NCBI GenBank assembly: GCA_038844785.1
Contig: JAWBRA010000027.1
Coordinates: forward strand, 1-21,288
Length of the DNA: 21,288 nt
Source: Candidatus Caldarchaeum sp.
Lineage (GTDB): Archaea > Thermoproteota > Nitrososphaeria_A > Caldarchaeales > Caldarchaeaceae
Direction: 5' to 3'
This document shows, in pieces, positions 1-6,519 of the stretch; the first letter of the stretch is position 1; the number at the start of each line of letters is the position of its first letter. Made by a program: the position numbers and the translations under genes. The notes under the pieces were generated by a model that saw only the letters and a program-made list of their open reading frames with translations, ran no database searches and had not been told where the DNA came from.

Positions 1-1295
1 TGGAGCTTCCCGTTGTGGAAGACGTATGTCTTCCTTCCCTTCAGAATCTTTTCCAGACGCCGTATGTCGTAGGCTCTGAAGACGTCTTTCAACGCGTCGG
101 GAACGGCCTGTAGTCCTATAGAGACTACGGCTGCAACGTCTCTAGCCATGTGCCACGGTATCTGTACTGGGTCTGGGCTTATCAGCAGAACCCCTACGCC
201 GTATGCTCTGAGCTCGTTGACTATCCTCTCGCCTATCGAGGGGGGCTCGTCGAACCTGCGTCCCCTGACGTAGTTCTGACACTCTTCAGCCACCACAAGC
301 CTTCTCAGGCCCAGCGTCTGCCCCTCAGACACAGCCTCGTAGTAGACCCTCGTCAGAACCACCAGACTGTATACGGTCTTCAGGTATACCGAGCCCAGCT
401 GTGACATGTCGTAGACGGTTACCGTGGGAGACCCTACGGTGTTGTGAGCCTCCCTCTCCTCGTCTATCAGAAGCCATAGAAGCCTTCTAGTCAAAGCCGC
501 AGCCATATTTGCTTCAGCAAGCCGTCTCTCAGCCATAGCTGTCTTGAAGAACGTTTCCAGAGCATCAACGACTTCGGATGTCTTCGGAACACCTCTCTGG
601 TAGAGCTTAACAAGCTCTCTTAGAAGCAGGGCTGCTGACGCAGAGCTTACGTCGGCTATGTCTCTCGTTATCTCGCGGAGAAGCTCAACGGCTATAGCGG
701 CCTTCTCCTTAGCCGAACGTCCTCCAACATCCCATGGATTCAGCTTGCGGATTATCGTGGCGCCTTCTATGAAGGTGGTGTACTCTCCTCTCCGGGCTGG
801 AGGGTGGCTGGGAGCTCCCGAGCGACATCACCCTCTTCCCCTGAGGTGATGCCGCCCACGGAACAATCCGTTCACTCTCAGGCCCGTGAGCCGGCCACCC
901 CCAGCTTTCCAGTCGAGGACAACCACCTGAACGTTGTTCTTCAAAGCCATGGTTATCGCCTGTTTTGCCGTGTTCGTCTTACCGCTGCCTGTAGGCCCTA
1001 GGACCAGCAGGTGTTTCTGGAAGTCTTTGAACGGTACGACTCCGAGAAGCCTTCTGCTCGCAACCACCGCCCTCACCACCAGTATCGCTACTAGGGTGAG
1101 GACGGCGGCTGCAAAGCCCACAGACAGCCAGTAGGTTATCTGGCTCGTCAATGTTTTGACGTCGAATAATGGTGTGGTGTTGACGCCCTTGATTCTCAGG
1201 TAGGTTTGCTGAGCGGTGTACATCGCATAGTAGCCAAGACCTATCAGGAACACTATCGACATCAACGTAGCCGCTACCCTTATCAGGAACGTCAT
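1..1295 (-). CDS. Membrane-anchored HerA/VirB4/FtsK-superfamily (DUF87-like) ATPase, interrupted by a candidate intron; join(1295..907, 789..<1); 3' end lies outside the window
   Basis: Exon 1 encodes two TM helices, HLLVLGPTGSGKT (Walker A) and VVVLDWK. Manual translation of the same frame from 788 to the window edge is open. It reads GEYTTFIEG..KLNPW..VYDMSQLG..LVVAEECQNY (Walker B)..ELRAYGVGVLLISPDP, the HerA/VirB4 motif order. A GGAGG SD lies upstream of ATG 1295. Confidence 0.9.
790..906 (-). other. Candidate archaeal BHB/BHL-type pre-mRNA intron (117 nt)
   Basis: A 4-bp helix CUGG(912-909)/CCGG(795-792) is followed by 3-nt AAA(908-906) on one strand and AGA(791-789) on the other. The intron stem is GCUGGGGGUGGC/GCCACCCUCCAGC and the exon-exon stem includes AGGUGGU(928-922)/ACCACCU(779-773). 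The insert has an in-frame UGA (830-828). Cutting after the second nt of each bulge gives TGG AAA GGA GAG TAC (WKGEY). Confidence 0.85.
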
Positions 1296-1298
1296 GCC

Positions 1299-1574
1299 TC
1301 ACGCCTCCTTGACCCGTCGGCGTTCATAGAACCTTCGGCAGTTTTTGCAGTAGTACAGTCCTTGAACCTTCTTCATCCATTTTCCGCAGACCATGCATGT
1401 CCTGTTGGATAGTGTCTTAGAGACAATGTATTCAACGTAGGCAGCAGCCATCATACCCAAGAAAACCAGCAGAAAAGCCTCTGGAATTCTCTCCTCGTTG
1501 AGAAAGCTCATAGCGAAGTAGACAGCCAACGCTATTACAGCCATGCTCAGCAGACTCATCGACATCTCCGACAC
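1299..1574 (-). CDS. Small membrane protein (2 TM) with C-terminal C4 zinc ribbon
   Basis: Two hydrophobic helices, then CMVC-x12-CKNC and a basic tail. Ends 3 nt before the ATPase start. The true start may be ATG 1565. Confidence 0.75.
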   Translation of the reverse strand: MSEMSMSLLSMAVIALAVYFAMSFLNEERIPEAFLLVFLGMMAAAYVEYIVSKTLSNRTCMVCGKWMKKVQGLYYCKNCRRFYERRRVKEA

Positions 1575-2260
1575 CCCTCACCCACTTGAAGGCCTAGCCC
1601 TTGCCGGAGGCCGGCAGCCTTCCACACCAGCCTCCGCTCCCCTGCCAAAACCTGCGCCGGGGAGCAGGCATCAGCCACCTGAAAGCCCGGTGGCCCGGCT
1701 CGGGAGGAAAAGCTCATACCCCTCCCCATGTAGAGGTTGGGGAGGGCGGCGTGTGAGGCCGTGTAAAACCTCCTCAAGCCAAGCCACCAGACCATGGGTG
1801 GGAGGATATCTTCGGAAACCTCTGAACGTAGTTCTCTGTCTTCGTGTCTCCAGCATCCATCCACAAACCTTTCTCAAACACCTCCATGGCGTCTGAGAGG
1901 GTTTTAGCAACCGTGGAGAGACCCCATGCCTCCCCGCAGAACCCCAGACACCTCCATGGCGTCCGGGAAGCGCAGGTGGAATGGATGTGGCGAACTATGT
2001 CGAGCAACGTCTGGATGTTATCTTAATCGTCTGTCTCCCTACCGCGCGCCTGTCGGTCCGAGCGAACCGTCCTGAAACCGGAATCATCCACCAGCTTTAG
2101 CGGAAGCTGCTCCACAGACCTGACCCACTCAGGCAGAGAGCTCGTGGTCCGGAGAACGCTCACGGTTAGGGACTCGAGTGTCTGGCAGTGGACTTGGATT
2201 GAAACAGCCACCTGTTACTTTCTGGCTGGGGGACAATCTGGCACGGTGACAACTACATGC
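1575..2260 (-). ncRNA. Putative large structured RNA or long structured 5' leader
   Basis: No protein-like ORF. Contains many hairpins (about 1587-1622, 1633-1668, 1685-1792, 1872-1898, 1942-1968, 2036-2172). Imperfect pairs are mostly G-U on the minus strand and would be A-C mismatches on the plus strand. Boundaries are uncertain. Confidence 0.5.
1878..1963 (-). repeat. 16-nt direct repeat (ACACCTCCATGGCGTC, 1878-1893 and 1948-1963) forming the tips of twin hairpins
   Basis: Two exact copies 70 nt apart. On the minus strand each folds as GACGCC-AUGGA-GGUGUY, with different but still paired lower stems. Confidence 0.85.
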
Positions 2261-2262
2261 TA

Positions 2263-2269
2263 GGAGGTG
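2263..2269 (+). promoter_or_regulatory. Shine-Dalgarno site GGAGGTG for ATG 2275
   Basis: Perfect archaeal SD 5 nt before the ATG. The same motif precedes ATG 15483 (15471-15477) and ATG 16483 (16467-16473). Confidence 0.8.
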
Positions 2270-2274
2270 GTGTT

Positions 2275-3714
2275 ATGAGGGTTTCGCATAGTAAAGCTGT
2301 TTCAACCGCGCTGGCCACGATAGCTATTATACTGGTTCTGATACTTGGTATGTCTTGGATGGCGTACATGACCGTCAACGCAGCCCAGCAGGCGCGTCAC
2401 GCAGGGGCGGCTGAGACAGCAGCCCTGAAGGCCAAGGAGCTGGTCAGGGTCTACATTTGGCTCGACCCGGCTAACCAGCCCGGCGGAGGCTACCGGAACC
2501 TGACGAGGATAAGCTTCGTCAACACGTGGAGCGGTGAGACGACGATAAACAGCCTCCTCATAGTCTGGAGAGACGGCAGGTACGAGGAGAGGCCTGTCTC
2601 GATAAGGCTTGGAGCCGGAGAGGACAAGACATACCTGCCCTCCCAGCTCGGGCTTGAGGGGCTGGACAACTACCAAGCCGCCCTAGAAAGAATAAAATAC
2701 ATACAGGTCCACACAAGCCTGGGCAACGACTTCGTATCGCTGTGGGGAAGGCCCGACAAGCCAGCCCTCTACGTGACAGGAACAACCAGAACTGTCACAT
2801 ACACAGTGACCAGAACCTTCACCACAACAACTACATCGTCTCCACCTCCACCACCAACAACAACTACATCGAGACCTCCACCACCACCAACAACTACTAC
2901 ATCGTCTCCACCACCTCCACCACCAACAACAACTACATCGAGACCTCCACCACCACCAACAACAACGAGCACCACAACCCAGCCCCCCGCCGCAACAACA
3001 TATACAATCACACAGACCGTGACCAGCACGAGCTTCGTATATGAGTGGGTAGCCACCACAAGGACAGTAACTGTTCAAGGAACCACATATGCGACCGTCA
3101 CGAGCACTTGGGTTTCCACAATGGTGTGGTACACTACCGTCACACAGATACACTACCCCCCATGCGTAGAGTGGAGGACAGTCGTCTTGGATGACCCGAA
3201 CCCATTCTGGTTGAGGGACTGTCAGGCTCCCCAGACCCTCAACCAGCCGGCTGGCGCAGAACCCATCACACCGTTTGAGACGCCGCAGTTTGTTTACAGC
3301 CGGACGCCGGTCGCGTCGCTTTCGCTGATAGGCATGCTGGCGGCCATCCAGCTGACCGGCTCCAAAAAACTCAGGAGAACCGCCCTGCCGCTCCTAGCAA
3401 TCCTCCTCTACACGATGCTCCTGACCCAGATTATGTCTTTGAAGCCGGCTCAGGCCCAATACGTCTACACCACTACAACCGTAACGGAATGGGTGACCTC
3501 AACAATCACCGTCACCTACACAGTAACACACACCGTCACTCAAATGACGACATGGACCATAACGCGATGGGTGCAATCCTACGTACATACCACAATCACT
3601 GTAACGGAGACCGGTTGGTGGTGGTGGACATGCGCCGGAACAACGATTGTCAACTATGTAACAAGATGTGAGTGTGGATTCGGGTTCTGTATATTCAACT
3701 GTTTCGGCCCATGA
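2275..3714 (+). CDS. Type IV pilin-like protein (class III signal peptide) with mucin-like Thr/Pro stalk, internal TM hairpin and C-terminal Thr/Trp/Cys-rich domain
   Basis: MRVSHSKA|VSTALATIAIILVLILGM fits the [KR][GA]|hydrophobic prepilin pattern. A globular pilin-like region follows, then TTTTS(S/R)PPPPP repeats. It is the first gene of an operon with pilus ATPase and platform genes. Start moved from 2257 to 2275 because of the SD. Confidence 0.8.
   Translation: MRVSHSKAVSTALATIAIILVLILGMSWMAYMTVNAAQQARHAGAAETAALKAKELVRVYIWLDPANQPGGGYRNLTRISFVNTWSGETTINSLLIVWRDGRYEERPVSIRLGAGEDKTYLPSQLGLEGLDNYQAALERIKYIQVHTSLGNDFVSLWGRPDKPALYVTGTTRTVTYTVTRTFTTTTTSSPPPPPTTTTSRPPPPPTTTTSSPPPPPPTTTTSRPPPPPTTTSTTTQPPAATTYTITQTVTSTSFVYEWVATTRTVTVQGTTYATVTSTWVSTMVWYTTVTQIHYPPCVEWRTVVLDDPNPFWLRDCQAPQTLNQPAGAEPITPFETPQFVYSRTPVASLSLIGMLAAIQLTGSKKLRRTALPLLAILLYTMLLTQIMSLKPAQAQYVYTTTTVTEWVTSTITVTYTVTHTVTQMTTWTITRWVQSYVHTTITVTETGWWWWTCAGTTIVNYVTRCECGFGFCIFNCFGP
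2824..2958 (+). repeat. Coding tandem repeat, 4 units of 33-36 nt encoding TTTTS(S/R)PPPPP(P), arranged ABAB
   Basis: Units at 2824-2856, 2857-2889, 2890-2925 and 2926-2958. Units 2 and 4 are identical. Confidence 0.95.
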
Positions 3715-3729
3715 TGAGGTGTTTGTTTG

Positions 3730-4497
3730 ATGGTTGGCGGATTGGTTAGAAGAGTTGGGATGGCGCTGTTTGCATACGGCTTAATGTATGCTGTCATAAG
3801 GCTGACAACTTGGCTTGTGTATCTCGACGTGCCGGTTTTCCGGATAATTCCATGGCTTCCGGGCTGGGTCAACTTCTTCATAATTTGGAACCTTCCGGGC
3901 ATAGCGATGGCGGTGCTGGTGTTGATCGGCAAGCCGGAGAGAAAATACGTCCTAGCAGGGGCAGCGGTACTGCTTTCGGCAGCACTCTGGAACGGGTATG
4001 CCGCGGTAGAACCGTTCCCCATACAGCCTGAAGTATACCTCCAGACAGCAGCCGAACACGGCTTTGAAAACTGCGGAGTCTTCCAGACAATTCCAGGAGA
4101 GAACATCATAGACTACAACTGGACTGTTAAGGCCGGCAAATGGTGTGTATTCTATATAATCAGGCCTGAGCCGAGAAACCAGTACATTCTAAGGATTAAA
4201 GACGGATGGTCGAACGCCCAAGTTATCCGGGAGAAGTCCGAGGCCGGCATCTTCTACTTCGACCACAGAATAATGCCGGCTGGCACAACATTCATACGGC
4301 TTTTGAAACAAGGAAGGCTGGACGAAAAGAGCATGCATTATTCGATAAACAACGACTACAGGGGAGGTAATGACTTCGTAGCGTATGGTAGAACGTACAG
4401 GGACGATTTCGTCTTCTGGTTCATGTCGCGGCCTGCAGACAACATGAGCTCAACACTCTTGGTGCGGCTTCACGTAGTGATTGAGGCTAGAAGATAG
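3730..4497 (+). CDS. Hypothetical membrane protein (3 N-terminal TM segments plus beta-rich soluble domain)
   Basis: ORF of about 255 aa in operon order, with GAGGTG SD at 3716-3721. No family recognised. Confidence 0.75.
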   Translation: MVGGLVRRVGMALFAYGLMYAVIRLTTWLVYLDVPVFRIIPWLPGWVNFFIIWNLPGIAMAVLVLIGKPERKYVLAGAAVLLSAALWNGYAAVEPFPIQPEVYLQTAAEHGFENCGVFQTIPGENIIDYNWTVKAGKWCVFYIIRPEPRNQYILRIKDGWSNAQVIREKSEAGIFYFDHRIMPAGTTFIRLLKQGRLDEKSMHYSINNDYRGGNDFVAYGRTYRDDFVFWFMSRPADNMSSTLLVRLHVVIEARR

Positions 4498-4499
4498 GC

Positions 4500-5255
4500 A
4501 TGAGACGCGCGGCCTCAGCACTGTTGGTCTCATTGATTGTTTTACTGTACTCCCTACCCGTATCAAACATGCTGCAAGCCGACACCTATGTTTTCAACGT
4601 CACCCCGTTCGTAGACTACCTGCCTAAAATAGTGACCGTATGTGCGCCCGAAAACATCCGATACGACGTGGAATGGGCCGCGAGAGAGTGGAACTCTGCA
4701 ATAAAGCAGTATTCATCCATTGTTGGAGAGCCTTGGTTGAATGAGCCGGCCATACACGTAGTTGAGACAAACTGCTTTGCGAAAATCCATCTGACGCAGA
4801 CACCGGTATCCCCCACCGAGTATGGAAGAGTTGAATTGGCTTTGAACAGGACGACGTTCAGGATAGAAGGCCTCAACGTATTTGTCTGGAACACAACGGA
4901 CAGGGGTTTATTTCGGGCTATATTAATCCATGAACTCGGCCACGCTCTCGGAGCCCCGGACATATACGTCTACGGCTCCAACTCCAAAAAACCAATAATG
5001 GCGCATGTCCTCACCTCAATCCCGGAGAAAATAGAAATCACCTTCATCGATGTTTATCTTATCCACATGACGAAGGTTAAAAGACTGGAATGTCTGGGCA
5101 CAAGATGCTCCGCTTACTCTGTACGGCTTCCCAACGACCCGCTATCTCAGACTCTGGCCATGCTCGCTCCTCCGCTGACAGCCGGCGTGCTAACGTACCT
5201 CCTGCCGCTACTCGCGCCGCTGGTGAGGAGGTGGTACACCCGTGCGGTTGGCTGA
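4500..5255 (+). CDS. Membrane-anchored extracellular zinc metalloprotease (metzincin, matrixin/snapalysin-like)
   Basis: N-terminal signal/TM segment, HELGHALGAPD (HExxHxxGxxD), a PIM Met-turn and a C-terminal TM anchor with basic tail. Confidence 0.85.
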   Translation: MRRAASALLVSLIVLLYSLPVSNMLQADTYVFNVTPFVDYLPKIVTVCAPENIRYDVEWAAREWNSAIKQYSSIVGEPWLNEPAIHVVETNCFAKIHLTQTPVSPTEYGRVELALNRTTFRIEGLNVFVWNTTDRGLFRAILIHELGHALGAPDIYVYGSNSKKPIMAHVLTSIPEKIEITFIDVYLIHMTKVKRLECLGTRCSAYSVRLPNDPLSQTLAMLAPPLTAGVLTYLLPLLAPLVRRWYTRAVG

Positions 5256-6519
5256 CGTCCGGACAAATCTCAAGAAACAGGCTTGGATTCTGGCCCCCAT
5301 CACATACTTAATGCTCAGAGCAAGCCTAACCCCTCTGGTCCAGCCCTCAAAACATCCGCTTGAATGCATTACCGGGCCCTTCGACGGATGCGGCTTCATC
5401 TTCGACGAAGCCCACTACATACCGGCCGTGAGGAGGATGCTCATGGGTGAGGCTGTCAACCTAGAGCACCCGCCTCTAAGCAAGTGGGTTATAATGCTCG
5501 GCATAGGCATGCTTGGGGACAGCCCGTGGGGCTGGAGGCTTCCGATGGTGTTCTTCTCAGCCCTCACGATGGCTGTCGTAGGCCTTCTGGCCAGAAGGCT
5601 TGGCGGGGAGAAGTACGTCCTTCCGGCGCAGATGCTTCTCTTCACAGACGTCACCTTCTTCAACCTTGGCGGGGTTGGCATACTCGACCCGCCGGCCCTC
5701 TTCTTCATGACGCTCTCAGCCTACCTGTATGTCTCCGGCAGAAAGGCTCTGGCAGGGGTTGCCGCAGGCCTTTCGATGCTGGCCAAAAGCAGCGGCATAC
5801 TCGTGATACCAACCCTGCTGGCTCTCGAGGCTCTGCACGAGTATGGGAAGACCAGAGACCTTGACAGGGCTGTCGACGCCGTTAGGCGGAGTGTTAGGGT
5901 TTTCGCCATACTTCCCCTGCTCGTGTTCTTCGCGGGCATAGCTGTCTGGGACTCTCAGACGAAGGCATTCCCAACCCCGCTCCACCACCTCGACTTCATG
6001 CTCAGCTACCACACTAAGCTGAGCTACAACGAGCCGTGGAAGGTTGAGCTCCCACTCTCGTGGATAATACCGCCTATATCAAGGATGCCCTCTCCATACT
6101 TCGTCTCCACAGTAACACCGCCGGGATACCATCCAGTAGCGTTCTGGGGTGTTTCCTCCCCCCTGTGGTGGAGCGTATGGCTTATGGTTCCTATAGCCTA
6201 CCAGCTTATAAAAACCAGCAGGATACACAACCCATGCCCTGAGGCAGTTGCCCTAGGATGGTTCGGAGTAAGCTTCGGAGCCTTCGCCTTCCTCGCCTAC
6301 CTGTTTAAGAGGTGGACGTACAGCTTCTACTTCCTCCAGATAAGCCCCATCCTAGCCGCTACAATCCCATACATCTTCGACAGGCATCTGCCCAAGACAG
6401 CCTACAAACTCTTCCTAGCATTCCAGATACTCTGGTTCATTATGTTCTTCCCCAGCAAGCCCGACTGGCTTATCCATCTCCTCGGAAGCCTAGGCCTCGG
6501 TGAGGTTCCATGGATATGA
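5242..6519 (+). CDS. Polyprenyl-phosphate-sugar:protein O-glycosyltransferase (PMT/GT39-like, GT-C fold)
   Basis: FIFDEAHY (catalytic DE), NLEHPPLSK, PWGWRLP and LAKSSG motifs in a multi-TM protein. Confidence 0.88.
   Translation: MRLADVRTNLKKQAWILAPITYLMLRASLTPLVQPSKHPLECITGPFDGCGFIFDEAHYIPAVRRMLMGEAVNLEHPPLSKWVIMLGIGMLGDSPWGWRLPMVFFSALTMAVVGLLARRLGGEKYVLPAQMLLFTDVTFFNLGGVGILDPPALFFMTLSAYLYVSGRKALAGVAAGLSMLAKSSGILVIPTLLALEALHEYGKTRDLDRAVDAVRRSVRVFAILPLLVFFAGIAVWDSQTKAFPTPLHHLDFMLSYHTKLSYNEPWKVELPLSWIIPPISRMPSPYFVSTVTPPGYHPVAFWGVSSPLWWSVWLMVPIAYQLIKTSRIHNPCPEAVALGWFGVSFGAFAFLAYLFKRWTYSFYFLQISPILAATIPYIFDRHLPKTAYKLFLAFQILWFIMFFPSKPDWLIHLLGSLGLGEVPWI

Noticed and set aside
828-830. UGA as selenocysteine, readthrough or sequencing error in the ATPase gene
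   Set aside because: Readthrough would put 39 Gly/Arg/Pro-rich residues inside the conserved DxKGEY motif. The precise BHB/BHL geometry explains the insertion better.
1-1295. ATPase as a pseudogene disrupted by a MITE
   Set aside because: No target-site duplication, both exons are intact with all motifs, and the ends form a splice motif with an exon-exon stem. Not fully excluded without RNA data.
1878-1963. Mini CRISPR array
   Set aside because: Only two 16-nt repeats, embedded in longer hairpins, and no cas genes in the window.
1543-2211. Short ORFs on both strands in the intergenic region
   Set aside because: Arg/Pro/Gly/Trp-rich, mutually overlapping and coincident with hairpins. Removing the 1685-1792 hairpin does not create a protein-like frame.
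1575-2260. SRP RNA, RNase P RNA, hammerhead ribozyme, group II intron or tRNA
   Set aside because: I could not find the SRP helix-8 motif, the RNase P GAGGAAAGUCC, a CUGANGA..GAAA core, a domain V or a tRNA cloverleaf. A GGGCTAGGCC resembling an SRP 5' end is isolated.
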